From: an uncultured Methylococcaceae bacterium
Lineage (GTDB): Bacteria > Pseudomonadota > Gammaproteobacteria > Methylococcales > UBA1147
Reading direction: 5' to 3'
Assembly (NCBI GenBank): GCA_964619885.1
Contig: CAZUGA010000001.1
Span: forward strand, 64,516-128,515
DNA: 64,000 nt
In this document: positions 29,924 through 40,436 of the stretch, in pieces
How positions within the stretch are numbered: position 1 is the first letter of the stretch
How the letters are laid out: each line of letters starts with the position of its first letter
Translations under genes and position numbers: made by a program
Notes under the pieces: generated by a model
The model's database searches: none
Told to the model about the DNA's origin: nothing
Seen by the model: the letters and a program-made list of their open reading frames with translations, nothing else

Positions 29924-30790
29924 TCAGGGTGTAAATATCAAATTTCCCGAAGCGTCGATCAGAGGTACGTTATGCGATTTTAGGATAGCGGTAATCTCCT
30001 CTGCATTGTCGTCTATTAACTGGTTGAGTTGTTCTTTGCGCTCTTTATCGCCGAATCGGACCCCCATTGACATTGGGAAATCGAATTTCATACCTGGGAT
30101 TGTTTGCATCGGCAAGAATCTATAGGTTCCAGGTGGGCTGTTTGAGATCAAATGACCCGCCGTAGGTCCCCACAGGACCGCCATATCGATCTTGCCGTTG
30201 TTCAAATCTTTTTCCATGGTCAACGCAGTATTGGTTTCGGGATCACCCGTCATTGTTTGATAGGGTACGCCTTGTTCAACCAAACCATTCTTCACGATCC
30301 AGGCTGTTCCGGGTCCGCGGTCAAACATCGCAATTTTGAGCGCCTCTTTACGGTCGGCAGGCATCATTATCAAATCGACGGGGTTGTTGATGTCGTCCCA
30401 TCCTTGTCCAGTTCGAAAAATCATGCCATATACCGATCGATAGTAACTTTTACTGGTTATCGTAAGTTCATAGCCCGTTGGGACGCCCATTACAACGTCG
30501 CATTTGTATTCGTCCTTGTTTGGCAATTTTGCTTTTAACGTGTTGCGGATGAATCCTATCCGTTGAGGAAACCACGTATATTCAACTTCTTGATCAAGCT
30601 TATCCGCCAATAACGCCGCGATTTTATTTTCGTAGCCATTGAGCGAGCGTGTTGAGAATGGGGGATTCATTGGATCGGCGCAGACACGAAATTGATCTTC
30701 GGCCTGAACAGTGGATATAGCGACCAACCAAAAGCAATAGGTAAACCCAATTTGTTTTACCGTTTTTATAGCGTGATTTCGCATTTCCAA
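29924..30790 (-). CDS. xoxJ: Periplasmic MoxJ/XoxJ-type solute-binding-like protein associated with quinoprotein dehydrogenases
   Basis: 288 aa with a signal peptide. FRVCADPMNPPFS...GYENKIAALLA...GFIRNTL...CDVVMG matches the MoxJ-family pattern. Immediately downstream of xoxF. Confidence 0.85.
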   Translation of the reverse strand: MEMRNHAIKTVKQIGFTYCFWLVAISTVQAEDQFRVCADPMNPPFSTRSLNGYENKIAALLADKLDQEVEYTWFPQRIGFIRNTLKAKLPNKDEYKCDVVMGVPTGYELTITSKSYYRSVYGMIFRTGQGWDDINNPVDLIMMPADRKEALKIAMFDRGPGTAWIVKNGLVEQGVPYQTMTGDPETNTALTMEKDLNNGKIDMAVLWGPTAGHLISNSPPGTYRFLPMQTIPGMKFDFPMSMGVRFGDKERKEQLNQLIDDNAEEITAILKSHNVPLIDASGNLIFTP

Positions 30791-30873
30791 TTTCCTAAAA
30801 CTCTGGGATTTATGGGAAGGTTAGAATTAAAAAAGTCTTATATGTCATTTAAAATATTGTATCTCACACAATA

Positions 30874-30903
30874 ACGCCCCGACCGGAAAACCGGGCGGGG
30901 CGT
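30874..30903 (-). terminator. GC-rich intercistronic hairpin between xoxF and xoxJ
   Basis: acgccccgaccgg aaaa ccgggcggggcgt: a 13-bp stem with one mismatch, 25 nt after the xoxF stop. No strong U-tract, so it may be an attenuator or mRNA-stabilising element rather than a full terminator. Confidence 0.5.
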
Positions 30904-30927
30904 CTTTACGTCGTGTATGTCTACTGA

Positions 30928-32754
30928 TTAATTCGGTAATGCGAATACAGAGAATACACCACCCAATTGAGTGTAGTTGCCTAGGCTCTTGTAAGCGCCG
31001 ACCGCACCTAGTCCTTCAGTATCACCTTCAAGTCCCGCAGCCATGCCGATACCCGCCCAGCCACCAAGACCGGATAAAACGCCTATGTACTGTTTTCCAT
31101 CATATTCCCAGGTGTTTACGTTACCAATGATGCCAGATGGTGTTTTGAACTTATACAGCTCTTTTCCGGTTTTGGCATCTACTGCTTTCAAGTAACCTTC
31201 CAAAGTGCCGTATAACACGACATCACCCGCGGTTGCAAGCGCACCCGACCAAACCGAGAAAGGCTCGTTCTTAGACCATTTGATTTCGCCATTGGTCGCA
31301 TCCCAAGCAGTGAATTGGCCCAAGTTGGTAGACTTGTTCTTCTCGCCGGTTAACACATCACGACCCGCCGGGAACATACTTAGGGTTGCGCCAACGTACG
31401 GTTGACCTGCGGTATATTCAACTTCAAACGGTTCGTAGTCCATGCATACATGGTTGCCCGGGATGTAAAACAGTTTGGTTCTTGGAGAATAAGCAACAGG
31501 TTGTTGGTTTTTGCTTCCCAACGCTGCCGGGCAAATGTCTTCACTGTTTACATCTTCGCCATTCTGCTCAGTACTGTATTTGGCAACAACCTGTGGTCGA
31601 CCCGTCTTCATGTCAACGTGGGTTGCCCAGTTAACCGCTTTGTCAAATTTTTCAGCGACAAGCAATTCACCGGTTACGCGATCTAATGTATATCCGAATC
31701 CATTACGGTCGAAGTGGACAATAGTTTTGCGGTTTTTGGCACCAATTTTCTGGTCGACAAGTACAACCTCGTTGATACCATCATAATCCCATTCATCGTG
31801 AGGGGTCATTTGGTAAACCCATTTTACCGCGCCGGTGTCGACATTACGCGCCCAAAGGCTCATAGACCATTTATTATCGCCTGGCCGCTGTATTGGATTC
31901 CAGGTGGATGGGTTGCCAGAACCATAGTACATGAGGTTAAGTTTCGGATCGTAAGCATACCATCCCCAGGTTGTACCGCCGCCAATTTTCCATTGATCAC
32001 CTTTCCAGGTGCTGGTGCTGGAATCTTTGCCAACCGGTTTTAGCATTGATGTCGTTTTCTTAGGGTCGATCAACGTATCTTTGTCCGGCCCCATGCTGTA
32101 GCCTTTCCAAGCCAAGCTGCCGTCTTTCGCGTTGTAGGCAGCGATAAAGCCGCGTACACCAAACTCACCGCCGGAGATACCGACAAGAACTTTGTCTTTT
32201 ACCGCGAAAGGTGCACTCGTATTGGTCATGCCCAATTTCGGGTCGCCGTTTTTTACACTCCAGATTTTTTTACCGTTTTTAGCGTTAAGCGCAACTAATG
32301 TGGTGTCTGACTGAAGTAAGAAGATTTTGCCGTCCGCATAAGCCAAGCCACGGTTTACCGTGTCACAGCACATAACAGGGATGGTTTCGTCCGCATTTTG
32401 TGTAGGCTCGTACTGCCAGATGATGCTTTGATCTTTTTGGTTCAGCGCAAAAACTTTGTTGGGAAAAGGAGTATGGATATAGATGGTGTCGTCAATGACC
32501 AGAGGCCCACCTTCGTGTCCACGCAAGACACCGGTAGAAAATGTCCAAGCGACCTGTAAGTCTTTGACGTTTTTGTTATTGATTTGTTTCAACTTGCTAA
32601 AACGGGTACCGGCATAGTTGCCGCCCCAGATAGGCCAGTTTTTGGGATTTTCAGCCAGCTTTTCCACGCCTGAATTGGAAAAGGAGACCCCAGGTACGGC
32701 CAGCATTGATGCCACAGTTGACGCGATCAGCCAACTTTTCAAGGGCTTCTTCAT
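30928..32754 (-). CDS. xoxF: Lanthanide-dependent PQQ methanol dehydrogenase, XoxF type
   Basis: 608 aa with a signal peptide and the vicinal Cys pair (MCCD, aa 129-130). WDYDG motif with the extra Asp (aa 325, nt 31780-31782) where I recall Ca-type MxaF having Ala. No small-subunit gene nearby. Confidence 0.92.
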   Translation of the reverse strand: MKKPLKSWLIASTVASMLAVPGVSFSNSGVEKLAENPKNWPIWGGNYAGTRFSKLKQINNKNVKDLQVAWTFSTGVLRGHEGGPLVIDDTIYIHTPFPNKVFALNQKDQSIIWQYEPTQNADETIPVMCCDTVNRGLAYADGKIFLLQSDTTLVALNAKNGKKIWSVKNGDPKLGMTNTSAPFAVKDKVLVGISGGEFGVRGFIAAYNAKDGSLAWKGYSMGPDKDTLIDPKKTTSMLKPVGKDSSTSTWKGDQWKIGGGTTWGWYAYDPKLNLMYYGSGNPSTWNPIQRPGDNKWSMSLWARNVDTGAVKWVYQMTPHDEWDYDGINEVVLVDQKIGAKNRKTIVHFDRNGFGYTLDRVTGELLVAEKFDKAVNWATHVDMKTGRPQVVAKYSTEQNGEDVNSEDICPAALGSKNQQPVAYSPRTKLFYIPGNHVCMDYEPFEVEYTAGQPYVGATLSMFPAGRDVLTGEKNKSTNLGQFTAWDATNGEIKWSKNEPFSVWSGALATAGDVVLYGTLEGYLKAVDAKTGKELYKFKTPSGIIGNVNTWEYDGKQYIGVLSGLGGWAGIGMAAGLEGDTEGLGAVGAYKSLGNYTQLGGVFSVFALPN

Positions 32755-33136
32755 ATTTTTCCTCCTCGTATTCTGTTTGAAACAGAGTCCGGTATTGTTA
32801 ACAATATTTCTAGTTGCTTGGAGTGTTCTTCCACAGAAAAACTTCCCAACAATTCAAGGAAGATTTTTCGTTAACCTTCCATATGTGTAAAGTGAAGGAT
32901 TTCACCCTAAAAGTCAACCAGTACAAGGCTGTTTTAGTCTTAGAAATTAATGCAACCACTGAATTGATAGTAGTCTGCGGAATTTGCCCCCAATACGCGG
33001 TGAGATTTTATTGATATTGTGAAATTCACACGCGAACGCCTAACACATCGAGGTATTAAATAATATCGTTATTGGGCATTGTTTGAATTGCTGTCAGCTT
33101 CGAGTTCAATGCTCTGTGTATCATTAGAAATAACAT

Positions 33137-33166
33137 GTCGGCGCCGGTGTGTGACGCGGCACCGAC
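33137..33166 (-). terminator. Weak candidate terminator after the FDH alpha gene
   Basis: gtcggcgccg ... cggcaccgac stem (one C-A mismatch) about 80 nt after the stop. On the minus strand it is followed by atgttatttct. Confidence 0.3.
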
Positions 33167-33246
33167 GTGTAAAGCTATGAATCGGTAATTATTTTGGTCA
33201 TCGAGGAAGACTGATCAGAGTCGTAGGTAATAAGGTCGCTCGATTA

Positions 33247-36024
33247 TTAATTAATGCGTTTGGCGAGCTCTGTTCCCGGTTTTGCGCGAACTGCACAGAA
33301 CTTGAATTCGGGGATTTTACCGACGGGATCCAAGGCTTCGTTGGTCAACAAGTTGGCACTGGCCTCGTTGTAGCAAAATGCCATAAATACATTTCCCCGT
33401 TGTATACCGATATCTGCCCGGGCGTAGGCCGTAACCGACCCCCGTCGAGATTCAATCGTTATCAGGTCACCAGCTTTTATACCCAGTTCATCGAGTTGTT
33501 CTGGATGAATATCCACCACTGGATCCGGTTCTATCGCGTCAAGTTTAGACGCCCTGCGAGTCATACTCCCGGTGTGCCAATGCTCTAATTGGCGTCCGGT
33601 AATAAATACCAGCGGGAAGTCATTGTCAGGCAGTTCGTCGGCATTTGTATAAGTTGCCGGAACAAACAATCCCCGACCGGTTGGCGTGGGAAATCCATCG
33701 GTGAAAATAACCGGTGTTCCGGGGTCTCCCACGTTTTCCAATGGGTACGTCAGTGAATCTTCAGATTCCAGGCGATCCCAGGTCATTCCGGCAATGCTGG
33801 GCATTGCTTGGCGCATTTCTGCAAATACTTCATCTGGACCGCTGTAGTCCCAATCCAGGCCAAGCCGGTGTGCGATTTCTTGAATGATCCACAAATCCTG
33901 CCGCGCATCGCCGGGCGGGTTTACCACTTTGCGTCCCATTTGCACGCGTCTATCCGTGTTCGAGAAAGTACCGGTTTTTTCGGAAAATGCGGAGGCGGGT
34001 AAAATAACGTCGGCAAAGCCCGCCGTTTCTGTTAAGAAAATATCCTGTACCACCATGTGTTCCAGACGCGAGAATGCTTCTCTGGCATGATTTTGGTTAG
34101 GGTCCGACATGGCCGGATTTTCTCCCTCAATATACATACCCCGGACTTTTCCGTCGTACGCAGCATGGACCATTTCCACCGTTGTCAATCCAGGAGTCAT
34201 GTCCAATTTCGAACCCCAAAGCGCTTCAAATTTTTCATGAGCGGATGGGTCACTGACCGGCACGTAATCAGGGAAAACCATGGGTATTAAGCCGACATCC
34301 GACGCACCTTGGACGTTATTTTGCCCGCGTAAAGGGTGCAATCCAGTGCCAGGTCTGCCAATTTGACCGGTCATCAGTGCCATTGAAATCAAACAGCGTG
34401 CGTTGTCAGTCCCGTGAATATGCTGTGAAATGCCCATCCCCCACAAGATCATCGACGCATTAGAAGTTGCATAAAGCCTTGCTACTTCGCGCAGTGTCTC
34501 TGCATCGATCCCGCATATTTGTGCGACAACTTCGGGCGTGTAGTCTTGTAGATGTTCTTGCATATGATCGAAACCTTCCGTATGCGCATCTATATAACTT
34601 TGGTTGACCAATCCTTCTTTGATAATTGTGTGCATGATCGCGTTGAGCAGCGCAACATCGGTATCCGGTCTGAACTGTAGCGAATACGTTGAGTGTCGTG
34701 CGATTTCTGAGCGGCGCGGGTCGATGACGATCAATTTTGTACCGTGTTTGATCGCATTTTTAATGAAGGTTGCCCCCACCGGGTGGTTAACCGTTGGGTT
34801 GGCGCCAATCAGAATTACCACATCCGCTAACGCGACATCCTCGACCGGGTTAGATACCGCACCCGAACCGAGGCATTCGAGCAACGCAGCAACCGAAGAC
34901 GCGTGGCAAAGTCGAGTACAATGATCAACATTGTTGCTTTTGAAGCCTGTCCTTATTAATTTCTGGAATAGGTAAGCTTCCTCGTTGCTACCCTTGGCCG
35001 ATCCTAAGCCGGCCAAACCTGAAGGGCCAACATTGTCTAGGATCTTTTTTAATCCATCGGCTGCAAAATCCAGGGCTTCGTCCCACGTTGCTTCTCGAAA
35101 AACCTCGTATAGATTTTCTGGATCCAATAATTCGACAGACTTATTTACTCCCGGTTTGCGAATTAACGGCTTACCGAGTCGTAGCGGATTATTTACATAA
35201 TCGAATCCGTAGCGTCCCTTAACGCACAATCGGCCGTGATTCGCTGGGCCATCTTTGCCGTCTACGTACAAAATCTTGTCGTCTTTTACATGGTAGGTCA
35301 GTAAGCACCCGACACCGCAATAAGGGCAGGTCGAATCCACTTGTTTTTCTTTGGTTTCCAGTCCAACTTCGTTGGCTGGCATTAATGCGCCGGTAGGGCA
35401 TGCTTGTACGCATTCACCGCATGCGACGCAACTGCTGGCTCCCATTGGGTCGCCTATGTCAAATACGATTTCAGTATGGGCGCCGCGAAAGGCGAGGCCG
35501 ATGACATCATTCATTTGTTCTTCGCGGCAAGCGCGTACACACCGGGTACATTGGATGCAGGCATCTAGGTTGACGCTGATGGCGGGATGCGATGGATCCG
35601 CCGCAGGTTGCGGGCGACCTGGAAACCTGGGTGATCCCAACTCCATTTTTTTAACCCAATGATCCAATTCGGAATCCAGCGAATAGGGTGACTCACCCTG
35701 CTCAGGCATGTCCGAAACCAACAATTCCAACACCATTTTTTGCGCTTTGGTTGCGCGTTGGCTATGGCTACTGACTTTCATACCTTCCTGCGGTTGTCTA
35801 CAACAGGAAGGCGCAAGAACCCTCTCACCGTCAATCTCTACCATACATGCCCGGCAATTGCCGTCGGGGCGCATACCCTCGGTGTAGCACAGGTGAGGGA
35901 TTTCGGTCCCATTGCGCTTTGCAGCTTGCAGGATGGTTTCATCACCAGTGGCGGTGATTTCTTTACCGTTTAGATTAAAACTGACGGTTTGGGCTTCATT
36001 CATGTGGTCAGGATTGGCAACCAT
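33247..36024 (-). CDS. NAD-dependent formate dehydrogenase, catalytic (alpha) molybdopterin subunit
   Basis: 925 aa. N-terminal 2Fe-2S ferredoxin and several 4Fe-4S motifs (CIQCTRCVRAC, CVACGECVQACP, CPYCGVGC), then a bis-MGD domain with Cys in the active-site context HCTRLCHASS. gaggag SD 8 nt before the ATG. Confidence 0.92.
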   Translation of the reverse strand: MVANPDHMNEAQTVSFNLNGKEITATGDETILQAAKRNGTEIPHLCYTEGMRPDGNCRACMVEIDGERVLAPSCCRQPQEGMKVSSHSQRATKAQKMVLELLVSDMPEQGESPYSLDSELDHWVKKMELGSPRFPGRPQPAADPSHPAISVNLDACIQCTRCVRACREEQMNDVIGLAFRGAHTEIVFDIGDPMGASSCVACGECVQACPTGALMPANEVGLETKEKQVDSTCPYCGVGCLLTYHVKDDKILYVDGKDGPANHGRLCVKGRYGFDYVNNPLRLGKPLIRKPGVNKSVELLDPENLYEVFREATWDEALDFAADGLKKILDNVGPSGLAGLGSAKGSNEEAYLFQKLIRTGFKSNNVDHCTRLCHASSVAALLECLGSGAVSNPVEDVALADVVILIGANPTVNHPVGATFIKNAIKHGTKLIVIDPRRSEIARHSTYSLQFRPDTDVALLNAIMHTIIKEGLVNQSYIDAHTEGFDHMQEHLQDYTPEVVAQICGIDAETLREVARLYATSNASMILWGMGISQHIHGTDNARCLISMALMTGQIGRPGTGLHPLRGQNNVQGASDVGLIPMVFPDYVPVSDPSAHEKFEALWGSKLDMTPGLTTVEMVHAAYDGKVRGMYIEGENPAMSDPNQNHAREAFSRLEHMVVQDIFLTETAGFADVILPASAFSEKTGTFSNTDRRVQMGRKVVNPPGDARQDLWIIQEIAHRLGLDWDYSGPDEVFAEMRQAMPSIAGMTWDRLESEDSLTYPLENVGDPGTPVIFTDGFPTPTGRGLFVPATYTNADELPDNDFPLVFITGRQLEHWHTGSMTRRASKLDAIEPDPVVDIHPEQLDELGIKAGDLITIESRRGSVTAYARADIGIQRGNVFMAFCYNEASANLLTNEALDPVGKIPEFKFCAVRAKPGTELAKRIN

Positions 36025-36136
36025 TTGTTCAATCTCCTCAGGACAGCGTTTTTACTGTCTAATTCGTCTGGTGATAATGCTTTTTACAACCGACTATAGT
36101 GTTTTCTCAGTGTTTGGTGTGCCGCAAAGCTATTCA

Positions 36137-37870
36137 CTAACCGGTTAGGTTTAATTCGTGTGGAAAATATTTGAATACGCATTGCAACGGATTTGGTGCC
36201 GCCTGACCCAGTCCGCAAATCGATGCGTCGCACATTACCTCAGTTAAATCGTCTAAGGCGGTTTTGTCCCAGCTTGTCCGTTCCATCAATATCGCAGCCT
36301 TTGCCGTACCGACCCTACACGGCGTACATTGCCCACAAGATTCATCTTCGAAAAATTTCATTGCATTTAGTGCAGCGTCTTTTGCGCTGTCCTGATCGGA
36401 AAGGACCATTATTGCAGCTGATCCGATGAAGCAACCGTATTCATTGAGCGTGTCGAAATCCAATGGGATATCACCCAGTGATGCAGGAAGAATGCCGCCT
36501 GAGGCGCCGCCTGGGAAGTAGCCATAGAACACGTGCCCAGGCAACATCCCTCCGCAGAATTCGTCGATCAGTTCGCGCATCGTGATGCCGGCCGGGGCAA
36601 GGTGCACGCCAGGTTTTAGAACTCGTCCACTAACAGAAAAAGAGCGCAGACCTTTTCGGCCATTACGGCCACTATCGGCGAACCAATTGGCGCCTTTTTC
36701 GATGATATCGCGTACCCAGAAGACCGTTTCCATGTTGTGTTCTAGCGTCGGTCGGCCGAATAAGCCAACTTCCGCCAGGAACGGCGGACGAAGTCTGGGC
36801 ATGCCCCGCTTACCTTCTATCGATTCGACCATCGCCGATTCTTCGCCGCAAATGTATGCACCGGCCCCGCGTCGCAAATGGATTGGCGGAATCGTATAGC
36901 CCGATGATGGAAGTCTTTGTTGCAAGTACGCAATTTCTCGGGTCAAAATTTCCCGGCACGCGGCGTATTCATCACGCAAATAAACGTAAATTTCGGCAAT
37001 TTCTACCGCCCACGCTGCAATTAACATACCTTCCAAAAAGCGATGAGGATCGCGTTCCAAATAATGTCTGTCTTTGAATGTGCCTGGTTCACCTTCATCG
37101 ATGTTGATTGCCATCAACCTAGGTCCGGTGTAGCCTTTTACGATGCGCCATTTTCTGCCTGCCGGAAATCCGGCGCCGCCCAAACCCCGCAACCCTGAAT
37201 TTTCCAACATGGACGTGATTTGTTCGGCATCTTTTTTGCCATCCAAACACGCTTTAAAGGTTTTGTAGCCTCCATGGGAGAGGTATGATTCGTAGTCGAT
37301 ATAGTTCGGGATCTGCGGACTGATAGCATTGGATCCAACCGCACGAGTAACGCTGTCAAGCGTGGCTTTATCAATTGGGTTTTGATGGACAACAGCGACC
37401 GGGGCGTGTTCACAGCGGCCAACGCAGGGTGCCGGAATGACGCGAATGCCATCGCCCATGCCAGCAGTTAATGCCTCGAGTAACGGTTTGGCGCCAGCCA
37501 GTTCACAGGATACCGAATCGCATACGCGAACTGTCAACGGCGGTGGAGGAATGGCGCCTTCTTTGACCACGTCAAAGTGGTGGTAGAAGCTGGCAACTTC
37601 GAATACTTCGGCCGTAGAAAGTTTCATTTCGTGGGCCAGCGCGACCAGGTTTTTAGCAGAAATGTGTTGATATTTATCCTGAATCTTGTGCAGGTGTTCG
37701 ATCAATAAATCTCGCCGGCGTGGTTCATCGCCGAGCAAATTACGGATTTCTTCTAATGCGACTAAATCGACCGAATGTCCTTTGGGACCCTTTCGTTTCT
37801 TCTTAGTAATCGCGGTTATATCGATTTTGGTAACGGCCACACCTAGATCCTCCAAGTTACGCGTGTCCAT
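36137..37870 (-). CDS. NAD-dependent formate dehydrogenase beta subunit (NuoE-like + NuoF-like fusion)
   Basis: 577 aa. The N-terminal third is NuoE-like (thioredoxin-like 2Fe-2S: CDSVSC...CVGRC). The remainder is NuoF-like (GLRGLGGAGFP, FMN/NADH site, C-terminal ESCGQCTPCR 4Fe-4S). I recall the same fusion in the Methylobacterium Fdh1B subunit. Confidence 0.88.
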   Translation of the reverse strand: MDTRNLEDLGVAVTKIDITAITKKKRKGPKGHSVDLVALEEIRNLLGDEPRRRDLLIEHLHKIQDKYQHISAKNLVALAHEMKLSTAEVFEVASFYHHFDVVKEGAIPPPPLTVRVCDSVSCELAGAKPLLEALTAGMGDGIRVIPAPCVGRCEHAPVAVVHQNPIDKATLDSVTRAVGSNAISPQIPNYIDYESYLSHGGYKTFKACLDGKKDAEQITSMLENSGLRGLGGAGFPAGRKWRIVKGYTGPRLMAINIDEGEPGTFKDRHYLERDPHRFLEGMLIAAWAVEIAEIYVYLRDEYAACREILTREIAYLQQRLPSSGYTIPPIHLRRGAGAYICGEESAMVESIEGKRGMPRLRPPFLAEVGLFGRPTLEHNMETVFWVRDIIEKGANWFADSGRNGRKGLRSFSVSGRVLKPGVHLAPAGITMRELIDEFCGGMLPGHVFYGYFPGGASGGILPASLGDIPLDFDTLNEYGCFIGSAAIMVLSDQDSAKDAALNAMKFFEDESCGQCTPCRVGTAKAAILMERTSWDKTALDDLTEVMCDASICGLGQAAPNPLQCVFKYFPHELNLTG

Positions 37871-38084
37871 AGCACGCTGTTCATCGGGCTAAGACACAAC
37901 TTTAAGCTATATAATGTTAAATATTTATGATTGGCTGGCACTCTACCGCAGCCATGGTCTATAAGGCAAATCATGATTTATTTGATATATCATCATTATT
38001 CGTGATATCACCGCTACGTAACTTTGAAAGGTTCGTAGGAATATGGATCTAGAATTGCGCTATTTGCCTGGGGAATTTTGACCA

Positions 38085-38999
38085 ATGAATTCGACTCAAT
38101 TGTTAACATTCGCCCTGGTAGGGCAACTCAAAAGCATTAGCCGCGCTGCGGAAAAATTGCATATTGGGCAACCTGCAGTTTCCGGGCAACTCAAGTTACT
38201 ACAAGAATCGGTGGGAGAACCTTTGTACCAAAGGAAAGGTCACCATATAGCCTTGACGGCAATCGGTGCAGAGCTATTGGTACACGCGGAAAACTTATCG
38301 CGGGATTTTCAGCAGGCTGAAGAGTTTGTTGGTCGTTTGCAGGCAGTCAATAGTGGATTATTGAGAATTGGCTCAACCACAACGATCGCGAGCTATTACT
38401 TGCCGCGCTATGTGGTGGAAATGCAGACCTTGCATCCCGGACTTCAAATATTCATGAAGACCGGTGACTCGATGGAAATAGTAAAAGGCTTGTCCGAGTT
38501 GGATATCGGCTTTATAGAAGGCGTATTGGAAGACGACGATTTGCCCGGCAATTATGAGGTGGTACCGTGGTGTGAGGATGAAATAGTTTTGCTTGTCCGG
38601 TATGACCATGAATTGGCCAAATGTTACGATACCGCAGTGCCATTGGATGTATTTTCTCGATACCAAGTGATTTGGCGTGAGCCCGGATCAGGTGCCCGCC
38701 AGGTTATAGAACAGAATTTGCGCGATGCCGGTGTTGTTGCTCCGGTAAACATTCAAGTTACCGGTGTGGCTGGGGTAAAGGCATCTGTTCGGGCCGGATT
38801 GGGAATCGGGTTTGCGTCTTTTCAAGCTTTACGATATAGCGATAACGAATTGGTTTCTCGTCGAATCGATCCGCCTACAACCAACGGACTGATTTGGCAA
38901 TTGAACATTTTGGCGCCAAAATTAAAATTGCGTTCGCGCGCTGTTCAGGCATTTATTGAATTGTGTGAGGATCGGGAATTCAATGTGGTGGATCGATAG
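38085..38999 (+). CDS. LysR-family transcriptional regulator
   Basis: 304 aa. N-terminal HTH (LLTFALVGQLKSISRAAEKLHIGQPAVSGQLKLLQ) plus a LysR substrate-binding domain. Divergent from the FDH operon. Confidence 0.9.
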   Translation: MNSTQLLTFALVGQLKSISRAAEKLHIGQPAVSGQLKLLQESVGEPLYQRKGHHIALTAIGAELLVHAENLSRDFQQAEEFVGRLQAVNSGLLRIGSTTTIASYYLPRYVVEMQTLHPGLQIFMKTGDSMEIVKGLSELDIGFIEGVLEDDDLPGNYEVVPWCEDEIVLLVRYDHELAKCYDTAVPLDVFSRYQVIWREPGSGARQVIEQNLRDAGVVAPVNIQVTGVAGVKASVRAGLGIGFASFQALRYSDNELVSRRIDPPTTNGLIWQLNILAPKLKLRSRAVQAFIELCEDREFNVVDR

Positions 39000-39095
39000 C
39001 ATCGATTGCTATAGTGCATGATTCGAGTGATTAACGTCTCAGAGTTAGAAAAAATTTAATTAAGCTTTTGGTCAACAATGAGTGAGAAGGTGAAT

Positions 39096-39902
39096 ATGAA
39101 ATTTGCTGAATTGTTTAAAAAAATCATAGCGGTTTTAATCTTTTTATCGCCAGTTGTCGCTTGGGGCGCAGTCGATGCGGACGATACTTGGAATAACGTA
39201 CTGAAGACACAATATTTCGGCAATCGTGCCATAGACGAGTCAAATGATGTTTTAGAGTTGACCGCGCCATACCGTGCAGAAGATCCAGCGATGGTGCCGT
39301 TAAAAATCACCAGTAAATTCCCCCAATCTTCGGATAAATATATTCGAAAAATCACCATTCTTATTGATAAAAACCCAGAACCGTTTGTTGGCGAGTTTAC
39401 ATTTTCAGAATTTAGCGGACGTGCGGACCTAGCATTGCGAGTTCGGGTCAACGCTTATACCAATATTCGCGCGATTGCCGAACTAAATACCGGGGAATTG
39501 TCAATGCATAAGGTATATGTCAAAGCGAGCGGTGGTTGTTCGGCTCCGATTGGCGCTGACCTGGAAGCGGCAATGAACCGTTTGGGTAAAATGAGATTTA
39601 AAGTGAAAGATAACGTTGACACCGACGTGCCGTTGTTAACCCAGTTAATGATCAGTCACCCCAATATAACCGGAATGCAAATGGACCAGGTGACGCGTAT
39701 CGTCAAACCCGCACATTTCGTTCAACATTTGGCGATTGAATTTAACGAGAAACCGGTCTTGACGGCAAAAACTGATATTGCGGTCAGCGAGGATCCCAAT
39801 TTTCGATTCTATTTTGTACCCCATGAAGCGGGGATACTCAAGGCCGAAATCCGAGACAATCACGGTATGGTTTTTTCGTCTAGTTATGAAGTGCTACGTT
39901 GA
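39096..39902 (+). CDS. Quinoprotein-dehydrogenase-associated SoxYZ-like carrier (SoxY-like + SoxZ-like fusion)
   Basis: About 268 aa from MKFAELF (alternative ATG at 39078) with a signal peptide. The SoxY-like half ends in KASGGCSAP (Cys at nt 39537-39539). The C-terminal half is SoxZ-like (MISHPNITGMQMDQ). Confidence 0.7.
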   Translation: MKFAELFKKIIAVLIFLSPVVAWGAVDADDTWNNVLKTQYFGNRAIDESNDVLELTAPYRAEDPAMVPLKITSKFPQSSDKYIRKITILIDKNPEPFVGEFTFSEFSGRADLALRVRVNAYTNIRAIAELNTGELSMHKVYVKASGGCSAPIGADLEAAMNRLGKMRFKVKDNVDTDVPLLTQLMISHPNITGMQMDQVTRIVKPAHFVQHLAIEFNEKPVLTAKTDIAVSEDPNFRFYFVPHEAGILKAEIRDNHGMVFSSSYEVLR

Positions 39903-39967
39903 TGCGGTGTGTTTAGGATTGAATAATTCGCTAAATCAATCACCGATTCTTTGGCATATTCAATCGA

Positions 39968-40354
39968 TTACTTGGCTTTAATAAAACAGGCGGTAGCCGC
40001 TTTGTTTTCGGCATCTTTCAAGCGTTTGCGCAGTTCATTCGCGCGCGGTGGGTCACGGAAGAGTCCGCCCGCCTCACCCGGGGCGCTGCGCATATAGGTG
40101 AATGTTTGCGCTTCGGCAAAATCTTCGTATTCGATCAATTCGGCAATTTTATCGACGCTGCAAATACACGGGTATAGTGTGTCGTAGGTTTGGCCTCCAT
40201 TTTTCTCCATGCATTGCAAAACATATTCTACCCGGGCTTGGGTTGGGTAACCATCGGCTTTGGATTCGGTGGGTGGTTGCGTTGTGCAGGCGCTAAGCCC
40301 CGCTATACCTATGGCGAAAAAGGCTAAATTTGATGTCATTCTTAATACTTTCAT
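39968..40354 (-). CDS. Hypothetical Cys-containing lipoprotein
   Basis: 128 aa with lipobox GLSAC and four further Cys residues. No family recognised. Confidence 0.5.
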   Translation of the reverse strand: MKVLRMTSNLAFFAIGIAGLSACTTQPPTESKADGYPTQARVEYVLQCMEKNGGQTYDTLYPCICSVDKIAELIEYEDFAEAQTFTYMRSAPGEAGGLFRDPPRANELRKRLKDAENKAATACFIKAK

Positions 40355-40436
40355 TATGCGCTGGTGTACGGTGTCGAGTAAACGTTATTAATGGTTATCA
40401 TATTAATGGTTATCATTTGAGAGCTGGTCATGTTTT

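Noticed and set aside
30928-32754. Calling the PQQ dehydrogenase calcium-type MxaF
   Set aside because: It has the WDYDG motif with the additional Asp characteristic of lanthanide XoxF enzymes. There is no mxaI small-subunit gene or mxaG next to it.
33247-36024. Selenocysteine (in-frame TGA) in the formate dehydrogenase alpha subunit
   Set aside because: The ORF is uninterrupted. The active-site position is an ordinary Cys codon (context HCTRLCHASS), and no SECIS-like requirement arises.
37871-38084. Searched for a LysR T-N11-A operator in the fdh/lysR divergent region
   Set aside because: Only loose dyads are present (for example CTG-N11-CAG around 37945-37961 and AT-rich repeats near 37975-38005). 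None fits the consensus well enough to annotate without experimental or comparative support.
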